From assembly GCA_964016885.1 (NCBI GenBank), contig OZ024740.1, positions 74,586,001 through 74,650,000 on the forward strand: a stretch of DNA of 64,000 nucleotides, in the 5' to 3' direction. The notes beneath the pieces are model-generated. The model was given only the letters and a program-made list of their open reading frames with translations. It was not told the origin of the DNA and ran no database searches. Shown here piece by piece: positions 1-13,209 of the stretch. The DNA is from Eledone cirrhosa (taxonomy: Eukaryota). Position 1 is the stretch's first letter. Every line of letters begins with the position of its first letter. The translations under genes and the position numbers were made by a program.

Positions 1-233
1 GGTGAAAAAACTATGCTGTGTGTGAGTGCATGTGTATGTGTGTGCGCTTGTGTGAATGTATGTCTGTGAGTGTGCATTTTTGTAAGTGTGTTTGCGCGTT
101 TATATTTATATACTCATACATATAAATGTATGCATATGCACATACACACATGCACACACATATACACATACTCGTCAGTGTATGGAAAAAAATTCTAGTT
201 ACCAAAATTATTGTAAAGAAACATCATACTAAC

Positions 234-401
234 TTCAACTGCTGATAATATAATCAAATGCTGAACATCTCTCCATGTTAGACAGGGTTGTATTTCCAGC
301 AATAATGCAATCATTCCTGCTGCAATTGGGGCTGCAGCACTTGTTCCTGTATGAAATTTGGTGCAGCCATTCCCTGTGTTTTTATACCAGTCAGTAGTCA
401 C
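234..401 (-). CDS. PCSK7: PCSK7 exon with catalytic Ser (VTTDW...[32 protein letters not shown]); gene continues off the window
   Basis: AG/GT boundaries, 168 nt; GTSAAAP and LTWRDVQH motifs. Confidence 0.95.
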
Positions 402-2008
402 CTGTCATAAATTAATACAGCGAGAAATGTTTTAATGATCAAAATGAAGTTCATATATTAAAACTTTTTTTTGTTATCACATTTAAAATGAAATACACTG
501 ACAATGATTTTCAAATAATAAAAGAATTGGGTTTGATTTAATAATTAAGTTTCTCATTATTAAACTGGTATTTTTTTCAACCCTGGAGCCCAGTAAATAA
601 ATCATTATTAAACTGGTGTTTGGAACATAAACTTAAAGGTTCTAGTATAAAATTATGGTGTAAGACTTTTAGATAAATATAAACATCTTAAAACAAAGTT
701 TTGTTTTAGAGCCAAGGCCAGTTTCAGGCAGTTTGGTATGAAGTGTTAATCTATGCAAATTATTCATTAATTGAAATAACTATTATCTTCTTTGCCCACT
801 TTTCCTGAGAGAGTCATGGGAGCAGAGTCCTCAAACACTCCTTCCAGCAGGTCCTGTCAGAAGCAAACCTCTCCAACTGATTTGGCAGGATACCCAAGTG
901 AGACTAGCCAAGCTCATGGATGTTATCCAACCATCTTGCTCGGAGTCTCCTGTCAGTTGGTTTTGCCTGTAAAATCTGTTCAATGATTCTTTTCTGAGGC
1001 ATTCTAACCACATGCCCATACTATTGGAGCTGTGATCTCTCAATTCGGAGTAGTAGCGGCTCTACCTGGAGTGACTCTCTGATCTCCAAGCTACTATTAT
1101 CTATAACAAATTTACATCATAATCTCATTAACATAAAGGCTACCAAATACTATATTCATAAGATGTTAATATCTTATGAAAGCACATATGCACTCACATA
1201 CAATATGTTTATGTATAATAAACATACTGATAGTTTTACTCTGAGTATTCAAATTGTGGACATTTTAGATGCATTTAAATGCCTTTACACATCGTTAACA
1301 GACACACCTACTTCTGACTGTTGAAGTGTGGAAGATAATGTCTTCTTATAGACTTTATAAACAAAATATTTGTGATGAAGATACATTAATATTTAGTGCA
1401 AGCTTGTGTATCAATGTTTGCAATAAGAGCATGATGATGATATGTAAAAGCATAAATGATCCCACATACGAATTGAAATGCATCTGCTGCTCTTACTCTA
1501 GTTGCTGAGACTGCTGCAGCATGTTCATACATGTGAGACTAAATTAATGTTTAATATATATGAACATATGTAAATCCATGCTAGTATGGAAAAAGTGAAC
1601 TTTAGATGAATAATAAAAATGATGATATATATAGGTCCATATACACACTGTGTTAGTACTATCACTCCATCCTAGATGCTCACTCCGCCTGTTGTAGACT
1701 GCGCATCAACATGAGATATTCTTCTCCACAACGTTTGATCACCAACAGCAGAGTTTAAAGAGCAAAGGTCAAGTCCAGTCCATAAGTTGCCAGTGTTTTT
1801 GGCTGACAACCTTAATGGCTAACTTTCCTTCTAGGCATAACTTACTCACACCAATCACATCAGTTATCAAGTCAAGAGTACTTAAACTATATGGTCATAT
1901 CAGAAAACCAACTGTCACTAATTAAAACTAAAAACTTGCACTAAATATAAATAAGCTTTTACCATGATTAGTTATGATAAAGTCATTCTCAAGGCTTAAA
2001 ATACTTAC

Positions 2009-2109
2009 AATACTGCGGGTTCCGCTTTTACCACTGCTAAATGTCACAGCTAGCATGGCAGCACATTCTTCAGCATAATAGGGCATTTGGCCATTTTCAT
2101 CAACAGCAC
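2009..2109 (-). CDS. PCSK7: PCSK7 exon (GAVDENGQMPYYAEECAAMLAVTFSSGKSGTRSI)
   Basis: AG/GTAAGT boundaries, 101 nt; YAEECA.MLAVTFS is PC7-type. Confidence 0.94.
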
Positions 2110-2485
2110 CTAAATATTGGAAAGGAAAAATTGTATTTGACAAAGATTGATGTGATGTTTTTACAAATAACAGTTTCTACTTTTTGGCACAAGGCCAGCA
2201 ATTTCGGAGGGGAAGGGAAAGTCAGTTATATCAACACCAGTGTGTTACTGGTAGTTTATTTTATTGATCCCAGAAGGATGAAAGGCAAAGTTAACCTCGG
2301 CAAGATTTGAAACCAGAATGTAGAGGGTTGTAATGAAATGCTGCAATGCATTTCATCAATTGGAGATAGTTGCTTCTGATAGAACTCACTGGAAAGCATG
2401 CTTGAGGACTCTGCTCTCATGACCCTCAAAGGAGGAGGAAGGAGAAGGAGCAGAAAAAGGAGGAGAAGAAAAAGAAGAAGCTTAC

Positions 2486-2624
2486 CTATTGTCACTGTAT
2501 AAATAGAATTTGCATATCCATCATAATTACAATTGTCAAAATTGCTGCCACCGTTACCACTGGCAACAACATAAATAGTTCCATACCCATTACGACCATT
2601 AGTTATACCATGCTTCATAGCTTG
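2486..2624 (-). CDS. PCSK7: PCSK7 exon with oxyanion-hole Asn ([46 protein letters not shown])
   Basis: AG/GT boundaries, 139 nt; ASGNGG and [14 protein letters not shown] motifs. Confidence 0.95.
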
Positions 2625-2657
2625 CTACCAAAAGAGAAAGAGGGATTGAAATAATAT

Positions 2658-2925
2658 TGTTTGCATGTATATGTGCATTTGTATGCATGTATAGGTATGT
2701 GCATGTGCAAGCATGCATGTGTATGTGTGCATGTGCACTGGCACGCATGTATAGGTATATGCATGTGCAAGCATGTATGTTTGCATGTATGTATGTGCAT
2801 GTGCACTGCCATGCATGTATAGGTATGTGCACGTTTGCATGTATGAGTATGTGTGTGCATGTATAGGTATGTACACGTGCGAGCACGTATGTGTATGTGT
2901 GCATTTTCATGCATGTGTGTATGTA
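2658..2925. repeat. Purine-pyrimidine (TGCA/TGTA) compound satellite next to a PCSK7 acceptor
   Basis: Repeated GCATGTATAGGTATGTGCATGTGCA units. Confidence 0.85.
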
Positions 2926-3459
2926 GTTACAAGTAAGTTAGAAATTATTTCAAAGAGCAAATATTAGATCCATCTGTATCATATATTTCTACATTTACTA
3001 TTTCTATTGAAATTCTATAATCTAAGATCATCATCATGGAAAAATGGATGTAAAAATGATGATGATAATAATAATCTAAACCACACTAGCATAGAAAACA
3101 GATGCAAAACTGATGTGTGTGGGGAAAGGAGTATGTGTGCATTTGTCTCCATATCTTCACATTGACACCACTTGGGCAGTGATGATGTTTGTTCATGTAC
3201 TACATAAACAATATGTTCCACAGCTCAGGAGTTTAACGTGTTAAAAGCAGTGGAAATATGCATCTTATCTAAAAACAAGTGTTGGCATCATGAAAGTTTT
3301 ATCCAACCTACATCAGTATGGAAAAAGCAAGCATAAAAACAATTAAGATGATGATTTCAGTGTCAAACATGGTGCTATATTAGTTTTAATATTAACATCA
3401 AAACTAAGAGTAATCTAATTGTTTTTAAGCTACAACAATTAAAAATATTTCTCTTTTAC

Positions 3460-3514
3460 CAAAGCCAGATTATGAGGTCCATCCACAGTTTTACCATCAT
3501 CATCAGGGCCCCAA
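3460..3514 (-). CDS. PCSK7: PCSK7 exon (SWGPDDDGKTVDGPHNLAL)
   Basis: AG/GT boundaries, 55 nt, phase 2 to 0; SWGPxDDGKTVDGP motif. Confidence 0.94.
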
Positions 3515-3890
3515 CTGAAAAACAATAGCAATAATAATCACATAAATTTGATATAAAAGAATTGGACTAGAGTCAGAAGACATCAATTTTTCAATTTAAA
3601 ATATAAAATGACATGGTAATACACAACAACAAGCATTCTAAGACCATTTTTCCTGCTAAAACAAGGGTCAACCTTGAGGGAACCATGACAAGCTTCATAC
3701 ACATCATGGGATCCTTTCTGAAACAATGTTTTATAGCCAGTTGTCCTTCCTGGTGCCAGCTTTTTCACCCACCTCTTACAATATGCAGGGATACAGTGTG
3801 CCTATTCTAAACTGAATACATACAGAGCATGGTAATATATAGTATACTAAAATGTTGTTATTGTCAAAAAAAATAAATAATAATTCTGAC

Positions 3891-3981
3891 CTGCAGCTGT
3901 ATATGTCATTAATTTGCATATTTTTGTTAAATGCTGTTGCTTCCAGACCATCTGTAAGAGGACCATCCAGGACCCGCAAAC
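3891..3981 (-). CDS. PCSK7: PCSK7 exon ([30 protein letters not shown])
   Basis: AG/GT boundaries, 91 nt, phase 1 to 2; RVLDGPLTD is characteristic of PC7. Confidence 0.94.
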
Positions 3982-4936
3982 CTGCAAATAAGAAATTCAT
4001 TTTTGTTCAACTGTCATCACCATATTTATTCAGTAATTTCTCTAAAAAGTGTAGTGAGTTATACATAGATATGGTTCTAATTATAAATACTTGAACTGAA
4101 TTAGCAGGAGTTAACTCTTAAAGTCCTGTACCACACGAAACCACATTAGCAAGACTTTCCACAAAAGTATAAAACAGCACAATGACTGCATCACATTATA
4201 AATTAAAGTGTTAATTTACTGCAAATTTTCACAACAACCTGCCCACTACTAAAGATATTATAAATATTTGAATTAACAAACACATTTTAGATATTTATTC
4301 ACAGTCATTAATGTTAGCAGTGAAGTGAGCTATGGTCCTAATTGCAAATACTTGAGCTGAGCTAACAAGAATTTAACACATTTGCTAGAGACACAGTTAA
4401 AGCAACAGTGCAGATACAATTTGTCAAATAGCAACAAACTTTGTCTAGCTGTGTGTAGGCCAGATTATGGATTAGGAGAAAACATGTGGACTCAGTTGGC
4501 ATATGACCATGATCTTTAGCAGAGGCTGCTTGCCTCATATTATAGTTTTCTTATTCTCTTCTGTTACTTGTAAATACATCTCCATCATCATTTAACATTC
4601 GTTATCTATATACATAAATCATATTGTTTTGGCACTGGTGACTATAATACTTAATGAACAATTTCAAATAAGGTCTATATAGCTAGTGATATCTATGTAC
4701 TTCCTACATAAACAAAGATCCCACAGTTCAATATTTAAACATGCAAAATTCATGGATGTGGGTCTGTAGCCCTGAGGGAGTCGTAGGAGTGCCATATTGA
4801 CTTACAGTGCTTCTAGAGCTTTTTTTTTTTAACCTGGCAAAGTCCATCTCCTTTCATTCATACTTTACTTCAAAAACAAGAATTCTGCCTCCCAATGTCT
4901 TGTTCATCCCTTGCCAGCATGAAAAAATAGATTTAA

Positions 4937-5145
4937 CCCTTTAGTGTTCAAACCGGCCAGAATTCTCTACCTCTTTCTGTTGAAACTGGCTGTAACTGGT
5001 CGCTCAAACTGATTTTAAGGTATGTTCTCAAAATAAATACTTTCAAAATCTCATAGACTCGATATTATGTGAGATAATTATGTGCAGTAAAGCCTTTACC
5101 ATGAAAATATAATAGTATATATAAAATAATGTGAATGCTAAAGGG
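4937..5145. mobile_element. piggyBac-type MITE family; related copies near 45620-45833, 48370-48530 and 60858-61063
   Basis: TTAA-CCCTTTAG ... CTAAAGGG termini; the internal sequence is shared among the four copies. Confidence 0.7.
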
Positions 5146-5285
5146 TGATGAATGATGATGACAGATGACTGATGGCAATGGATGCTGATGATGAATGATA
5201 ATGATTATGTAGAATGATGATGATGCCATCGCTGATGCCTGAGATATGAAACAGTCACACACTTAATGAGGCAAGAGAAAATGAC

Positions 5286-5381
5286 CTGAAACTTTAGCAC
5301 CATATGCTACACCAACTGCACAAACTGAATTGGGGACAGCAGCAATTTCTCCAGCACATCGTGTTCCATGGTGATTAGTGT
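5286..5381 (-). CDS. PCSK7: PCSK7 exon with catalytic His ([32 protein letters not shown])
   Basis: AG/GT boundaries, 96 nt; HGTRCAGE motif. Confidence 0.95.
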
Positions 5382-5490
5382 CTAGAAAAAAAATTCACAA
5401 CTTATGTTTATATATCAAGGTTCTATAAATACTGGGATAATAAAGTAAATTATCTAATCATTGGTATAAGGTTTAACACGTATAAGCTTG

Positions 5491-5795
5491 TGTGATATAT
5501 TGCACAACTACTCTCAGTTCTTCTACTTGCGTAGAAGACAGCAATGATGTGACATCTCCCAGGCACTGCAACCAACCCATGTCAATGGGATCAGGGTGTG
5601 TGAGGCCCACATCCTCAGGTAGGCATAGATCCAGGCACTCACTCAGCAGGCGTTCAGCTATGCTAATACAACCCTCCCCTCTCGGAAGGAGTGGGTGTCT
5701 CTGAATCAGCTATACACAGGTGTTAGCTGATTCAGTGTGATTGTGTACCACTGGAGCCTGTGTCCATCGGTGACTTGCTCTCAGTTTACATCTCA
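5491..5795. mobile_element. Possible short solo LTR in a PCSK7 intron
   Basis: TGTGAT...ATCTCA termini; GC-richer than the flanks; internal 12-bp perfect inverted repeat CTGAATCAGCTA/TAGCTGATTCAG. Confidence 0.4.
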
Positions 5796-6012
5796 TTTAG
5801 ATCAATTTTGCTTTTCAGCCTTTTGGTGTACCAGTTCAGTGTGGAGGGTTGGTGGAATTATTAGAACAATGGATGAGGTGCCTTGCAGCATTGGTTTTGG
5901 TTCATCGCATTCTGAGTTCAAATCATACTCAGTTTAACAATAACATCACCACCTCTTTAGCACGCACATACACACAAATTCTATTTGAAATAAACAACAT
6001 TATAATACTGAC

Positions 6013-6114
6013 CTGATGAGGCACTAGGCATTGGATCAGGATCATTGTCATTTAAATCCCAGCTTCCTTTAGCACAGTAATTATCCTCAAGATCAGGGTT
6101 GTTCCACTCCACTC
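6013..6114 (-). CDS. PCSK7: PCSK7 exon (GVEWNNPDLEDNYCAKGSWDLNDNDPDPMPSASS)
   Basis: AG/GT boundaries, 102 nt, phase 1 to 1; DxNDNDPDPMP kexin-family motif. Confidence 0.93.
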
Positions 6115-7017
6115 CTAAATGGATTTAACAAAAGAATTCCATTATTTTTGATTTATTATAATCTGAAATAAGTAGTTTATTTACTTATGTAATGTTTTGT
6201 TACATTAGATACAATGACTCAGATGAGAGAAGTGAGGAAACTACCTTGTGTCTCATTTATACATTTCTCTAGAGCATTAGTAATGCAAGTGAAAAAGAAT
6301 TGACTCAAAACTGATCTAACAAATAGTGATTTATTTTCACTATGCACAATAGTCTTATATTTTAGACAATGGAAATAGGCAGTTGTGATATTGGTTTATT
6401 TACTGAAATTAGTAGTATAACTAAATTTTACTCAATCAACGAACAAAACTGATACTAAAATTTAAAAAAAAATGTAATTCTTAACAGGCTTTGTCTTCAT
6501 ATAATATCATCATCATCATTCTTTATTATGTCTGTTTTCTCATGCCTGCATAGGTTAGATAAGTCCTGTGGTATGACCTGGGCTATATAAGACCAAGTAC
6601 CAGACAGTGAAATCAAACCCCAAACACATAGTTGTGGAGTAAACTTTTTAACCATAAAACTAGACATGCATAAGTTAACCTGCTAAGACCTGTTTCACTT
6701 TAGCCTATTGATTTTTGCTAGTAAGGTACAAATAGTAAAGGAAATGAACTGCCACTATGCGGAATTGAACCTGTACCATAGGTTTAGCTTGTCAGAGACA
6801 TATTGCCAACTCTATGGCATTTGAAATCATCATCATCATCATTTAATGCCAGCTTTTCACTGCTAGCAATGGTTGAACAGGTTGTCATCAGCCAAATAAG
6901 TAACTAATCTGTACTACTGACCTCTCAGATGGGCCAAGGAGCAGCATCCCACTTATATACATTCCCATATTCTAGTAAGAGGAAAAAAATAGATAAAAAT
7001 CCAAAATAATTCTTTAC

Positions 7018-7114
7018 CATCATCCACAACAGCCACAACGATGCCTTTACCAGTAACATTGTATTTCCAAACACGCATAACATCAATATCCATATCTTGA
7101 TTCCCCCTGTTGTT
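7018..7114 (-). CDS. PCSK7: PCSK7 exon with catalytic Asp (NNRGNQDMDIDVMRVWKYNVTGKGIVVAVVDDG)
   Basis: AG/GT boundaries, 97 nt, phase 0 to 1; subtilase VAVVDDG motif. Confidence 0.93.
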
Positions 7115-7169
7115 CTAGAATAAATAAACAAGTTAAAAGTTAAAGTCTTCCTTGAGCTTAGAGGCTTGT

Positions 7170-7410
7170 TAAACCAAAGCTTATCCCAGTTGTATGTGGT
7201 ATAAGTCAGGCCATAATATATCCCAGTTTTATGTGGTGTAAGTCAGACCAAAGCTTATCTCAGTTTTATGTGCCATAAGTCAGGCCATAGTATATCCCAG
7301 TTTTATGTAGTGTTTGTCAAACCATAGTATATCCCAGTTTTAGGTGGTATAAGTCTCACCATAGTATATCCTAGTTTTAAGTGGTGCTAAATCAAGCCAA
7401 AGCTTATTCA
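7170..7410. repeat. Minisatellite, ~37-bp unit, about 6 copies
   Basis: Unit approximately CCATAGTATATCCCAGTTTTATGTGGTATAAGTCAGG. Confidence 0.85.
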
Positions 7411-7419
7411 TTGTAACAT

Positions 7420-8960
7420 GCTTAATTTCTTTCCAACTCCTGCATATCCTCTGCATTTACTTCCCATGTTTCCCTTCACATGCAGGCATTACACAGCCAG
7501 TCTTTTGTTTGTAGAGAGAAATCTTTGTTGTCAACAAGGATAGTAGTGCCCTGAACTTTTTCCAACCTATTCTTATTCTAGCTACTATACTTTCATAGCA
7601 ACCCTTTTCAATGCTAATTTGGTCACCTAGGGAACAAAAGTTATCAACTACTTTTCTGGAGCTTTCCAGAGATTAGGGAAAGGTTATTACACTGAGGCTC
7701 TTACTACTGACTACCCCTGTGTATTGCTTACATACAAAGTCTACCTTTTCAGTTAATCTGCCTATAACTCCACAACATCTCTTTTGTAACCACTGTATAC
7801 AGTTTCCATCTGTTTTTTTTTTTCGCTAATGAGAACAGAGTCCTGTCTTTTTTCCTACTTCCTAAAACTTTTGCCGTTACTAGGTTTACTCTGAGTGCTT
7901 TTGATTTTGAGTTTTGTTCACAGTAAGAACATTTCTAACTCTTATACAGATTCAGCAATAAGGACCAGGTCATCAGCATATAGAAGTTCTTATGGACAGC
8001 TAATCTTAAACTCCTCCTGGAGGACTATAATAAATAGGAGCTGAGGACTGAGCCTTGATGAACACCAACCCATACATTGAATTCCTCAGTAAACTCATTA
8101 CCTACACATACTTTGTTAACTGCACTTATGTGCATGGCTTGCACTGCTCTCATAAGCCACTCTTCTACCTACCAATTTCCTTAAGGACCACCTGATAAAC
8201 AGATTGTGGAACTGTCAAAGGCTTTCTCCAGATCAACAAAAACTAGATATAGTGGCTAGAAACTTCTCTTATAGTTATCTCACTAGGAAGAGAGCATCTT
8301 TGGTGCTCCTTTTTGGCACAAAACCAAACTGCATTTCATATAATTTGACCCTTTCTCTAATTAGTTGTGCCAACACTCTTTTCAACACTTTCATCACTTG
8401 GTCCAGTTTTATGCTTCTGTAGTTGCTCCTTTCTAGAGCATCACCTTTCCCTTTGTAGCAATTATTATACTGCTGTGCCAGTCAATGAGTATGACCCCAT
8501 CCTGTATTACCTGATTGAATATGCATATGACTATCTCAACCTCTACTTCACCAGATGACTTCAGCATCTCAGGAACTATCTCTGATGGTCCAGCTGCTTC
8601 TCCATTTATCCTTTTCTTGATTACTTCTTTGACCTCGTAACTGTCCACTTTGATAGATAGCCCCTTCTATTAAGTCAACTGGGCGTACTCCCTCTTCCTT
8701 CCACACATTCTCCAGATTTATCAACTCTCATAATATTTGCAAGCCTCTTTCTTCTGAGCATCAATGAGGCTAAGCACACCAGAGTCATTTTAAACATACT
8801 TTTCCTCAACAACAGCTTGGTTCACAATGGCATACTGCTTTGCTATGCAGAAGCCTTCATACTTCTGGTCCTCCCATTGCAAACTTCCTGCTTTCAGCTT
8901 CTTTACATGCTATGTAAACCTGTTGTCTAGCTTCTCTTTTAGCTATTTGATATTGTAAAT
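7420..8960 (-). mobile_element. Degenerate RTE LINE in a PCSK7 intron
   Basis: Fragments such as AAGPSEIVPEMLKSSGE; nucleotide similarity to 57350-59116 with many stops and indels. Confidence 0.82.
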
Positions 8961-9191
8961 GTGGTTATGATTGTTTTGGAAAAACTAGTACAATACAAAT
9001 TAGAAATACAAGAGTGAAAACTAAAGTAGAGTAAAGTAAGAAAAACAAAACAAAAAATATATATTTAATTAAATATTTCATACCTTTCCTAACTAAACAG
9101 TAAAAAACAAAACAAAAAAAACATGATCTCGTCACATTTTTTGTTATAGCAGATGAATAAATAGATAAAATATTATCAAAATAACACGTAC

Positions 9192-9695
9192 CAGGTGCCA
9201 TTGATTTGGAAAGGCGCTATCTGAAAACCTCACCTTCCAACGTTTAGATCTTTTACGAATTATCTCTCGGCTGTATGACTCAACATCTTGGTGTTTGTCG
9301 AGTTTCAATTCAATAATTTCCTGCTTCTTTCTCAAGATATCCTTAGGCAGACCTAAATGCTTTTTGTGAAAGAAGTTTGTAGAATAATTAACTGCACCAT
9401 CATGGTCTGGAGATAGATAGGCAAATAAGTAATAACTATCTATATCACCTATTCGATGAAGTGACACCAGAGATACATCATTAGCTAAGCGTTTAAAAGC
9501 ATTGTTAACATTTGAGGTATGTCCCCAGTAAGATTTTCTTAGCTTCACTGCCCATAGCAATGTCTCTTCATAGTCTGCAAGTGAGATGATGGAAGAAGTC
9601 GTTCGTTTGTTGAAAACTAGTGGTCTGGATGAACAGGACATCATGTAAAGACTCCATTGTAGATAGATTAGTATAATGCCAGTCACTAGTGGCAT
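9192..9695 (-). CDS. PCSK7: PCSK7-like proprotein convertase, first coding exon (signal peptide, prodomain, RKRSKR maturation site)
   Basis: ORF MPLVTGIILIYLQWSL...WAVKL...IIRKRSKRWKVRFSDSAFPNQWHL. Polypyrimidine tract and AG lie 1 nt before the ATG (acceptor 9697-9698). GTACGT donor; 504 nt, phase 0. Confidence 0.88.
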
Positions 9696-10136
9696 ACTAG
9701 AGGAAATAGAAGAAAAATGTTCATTAAAAAATATTTTTTTGCAGAGTAAGAAAATACAAAAAGGAAACCTGAATCAGAATTACTCAATAAAAATTTTATT
9801 GAACAGCTGTTGTGTATATTTGTGAGTGATTAAGTGAAAAATAGTCCTGCTGATTGTATGGATTTTTTTTCTTTTAAGCTAGTGAGTTTGTGGGTGCAAG
9901 AATGGCTGGATGGTTAAGAAATTTCCTTCACAATCATGAGGTTCTGTATTTAATCCAACTACATGACGTCTTGGAAAAGAGTCTTTTATCCATAGCCTCA
10001 GATCAACTCAAGCTTTGGAGGTTTATTGAATGTACTGTAACCTATAATTTGAATGTCTAGCCTTGTCACAAACTGATTTGCTCTAAAATTAGGTTAAGAG
10101 TACATGTGTATGTATACTCAGTCACATACATGCTAA

Positions 10137-10507
10137 TCTAATGTAATTTCTGCAATTCTGTCGCAACACATAGAGAGAGAGAGGGGTAGTTTGACTACCT
10201 CATACTACTCCTCTCTCTTTATGTCTGCTGCCTGCGTATGCGTGTGTAAAAACAAGGAAGGGGTGGTGAAAGAACTATAGTAAAATAGCAGCTGGCATTC
10301 TATTTGTTATGCTATGTATGTGTGTATGTGCTTGTGTGAATGTATGTGTGTGTTTGTGTGAATGTATGTCTTGAGTGTGTATTTCTGTAAGCATGTCTGC
10401 GTTTGCACATTTATATTTATATACTCATACATATAAATGTATGCATATGCACATACACACATGCACACAAATACATGTACGCATCAGCATATGGAAAAAA
10501 ATTCTAG
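10137..10507 (+). mobile_element. Non-autonomous Helitron; the 3' part of a second copy is at 1-198
   Basis: A|TC 5' end and CTAG|T 3' end. Both copies stop at GGAAAAAA(A)TTCTAG, with a subterminal hairpin (two-copy consensus CATACGC-GTCA-GCGTATG) ~11 nt upstream. Confidence 0.72.
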
Positions 10508-13209
10508 TTCTCAAAAAGTATAAAACAGCATTATGACTGCATCACATGATGAAAGACACCTGCAACTTATCTACTAAACCTTGCTCAGGGATTGAAATTC
10601 GCAACAGAGCCACACTGGCAAATGATCATGTATGTATGGCAAATTGGTCATTTCATGACATAATCTACATGAATATTGGCATTGTAAACAAACACAGGTT
10701 GATGATATTACATATACATGACCACTTATGGGGGGATTTGATTTTGCTACAAAACAAAGGTATCTGCGATGATAAATATGTTATAGCATTCATATTTGTC
10801 TAAACCTTTTGTCAGTATATGTACAGATTTATTAACAGAGATAATTTAAAAATTAATAGTACTTCTGATAGAAAAAGGTGACTGAAAACTAAACGATGAG
10901 CATTAAAGGCAAAAGATCAACTTAGGAAGTTGGTTTTAAGGTTACTAGAGCATGGCAATCAAGAGAGAGAGAGAGTTTTGTGTTTTGGAAAAATTAGTGA
11001 GGAACTGGCAGAAGCAACATGAAAGATTCAAGAAAATGATCCAAAACAAAACATGCTTGACAGTCTTCTCATATGAGAAATTGGAGAAAGATTTACATAT
11101 TTGAGTGTGTGAATTACACGTGAATAGATTTGTCACATACATGGCTAAGAGAACAAAAGCTAATAGATGGCTTACAAGTATGCATGAATAGTTTATATCT
11201 TTCCATAGATACAAGTAAATATATTACTCAAAAGTTCCCCATTTTAAAGTGTAGTGTACAACAGCATTAGTGTAGTGTACAACAGCACTGTGTCAATAAA
11301 CTGATAGTTACAACTGATTTCATAAATCAGTTGTAACTTTTTAGTGCTTTTCAATAATGTTCATTCAAATCAATTTGTAAATGTTTTTTTCATTCTAGTA
11401 TAGTCCCATGAGTTTATATAAAGTTACAGATTTGTATAGCTCATTGGAAAGTTTGTATATTTTCTTAACCATTTAGTTAGGGAGGGAAAAGCAACACATG
11501 ACCTTTTTCAGGGCTTCTGGGACTGGCAGGAGTAAAGAGAGGAAAGTATCTTCAGACTGGAGTCCTGACTTGAATGTTTGCAACAGATTGGGCTCTACTA
11601 AAGGCACCCAAGGGTCAGATGGTGATGTTAGACTGGGCAATGCATCCCATCCAATTTTCTAATGATTTTGCATGTCCATCGCCTTAGATTGGTACTTTAT
11701 CAATCTCAGAAGGATTAAAAGCAAAGATGACCATAGCAATATTCAACTGTCTCTGCCAATATTCATTGATTCTGGTCAAATACTTGCAAATGTGGGGTGG
11801 CCAGCACGTGGGACCCCATTTGCTCACTATACAGAGAAATGGGGAGGGCGAGAGAGATGGGGGCAATGATGGTGGGAGTTCGGCTCTTCCGTGTTCGGAC
11901 ACATTTCAGGCATAGAATATGTATGTCCTATGCTTGTTGAAGTTGGAAACCTTAGGTAGCATACAAATACTTATAAAGGTAGTAGTAGAAGTAGCTGTTT
12001 TCTGGACACATGTTAACACCATTATAGTAAAACTAGTATATTCAAGAAAAGCTTGCCCAAAATGTAAGTCTAGACATTTCACAACACACATACCAACCTT
12101 AATTGACTAGTGCTGACCTCGACCATCACAAGATCACTAGCTTAACAATTTTACTGACTATCCCAATATAACTATAGTCTTTTCTCAAACATTCTTTGTG
12201 TCCCCTTTCTTATAAACCAATCCTTTCTTAGATGTTATGCTGAAAGAAATAGAGATTTGTCTTACACAATGCCTATGTGTTTTTGACAGAAATATAAATC
12301 TTAACTATTTAAAATGTACAATGGTTATTTAGAATAATATAAAAATCCCCACAAAGTCAATGTAGGTTTGTACAAATGTTTAAGAAATTCACTCCAGAAT
12401 CATGAGCTCCTAAGGTCAGTCCCACTCTGTAGCATCTTTGGCATCTTTTACCATAGACTCAGGTCAACAAAAGCTGTGTCATTGGGTAGACAGAAACTGT
12501 ATGGAAGCCTGTCAGATGAATTGTGCCTGTATTTCAATGAGCCAACCATGTCACACACTGTGTCATACTGAATCTCTGTGAAAATTGCATTAAGGTGACT
12601 GTGGAATACACAGTCACATATACCTTAAATTAATAAGTGAACCATTTCATTGATTAAACAACTGGAACTCTCAGACAGGTCAGGGGTGTGCATCTCACTT
12701 ATACAGTGTTACATTTTGTCTTACAAAATTCTTCCGAATTATCCGCTACCAGCAATAATTTCGAATGGAAGAATTATCATATGATTTATGGTCAATAGAA
12801 GGGCTGCGGTAGGTGAACAATGGCAAGTAACAGGGCTGCTAGAAGAAGCAGCCTAATTCAGCCAAATTTAATACTCTACCAAAAAGCACCAGCCCACACT
12901 GTAAAGTGGTCATGTAGGCACCACGGAAAAAAAGCACCCAGCACTCACTGTAAATGAGGTTGGTGTTAGGAAGGGCATCCAGCTGTAGAAATCAAGCCAG
13001 AATCAGTTCCCGTATGAGCAAGACAAGGTCAGCCGACCGGACACTGCCCACAACAGGACAACCCGTCTAGCCCATGCTAGCATGGAAGAATGGACATAAA
13101 ACGGTGATGATGATGAAGGGAACACACAAGCCAGATTAACTTCTTACTTGTCAGAAAACAAGAAAGACGTACTGTTGTAAATGCTAAGATCTTGCCTGGA
13201 GAAGAATGC

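Noticed and set aside
2599-2967. Several overlapping His/Cys-rich ORFs
   Set aside because: These are translations of a TGCA/TGTA satellite.
7170-7410. Regularly spaced repeats superficially like a CRISPR array
   Set aside because: There are no unique spacers, the locus is a eukaryotic intron and no cas genes are present. It is a minisatellite.
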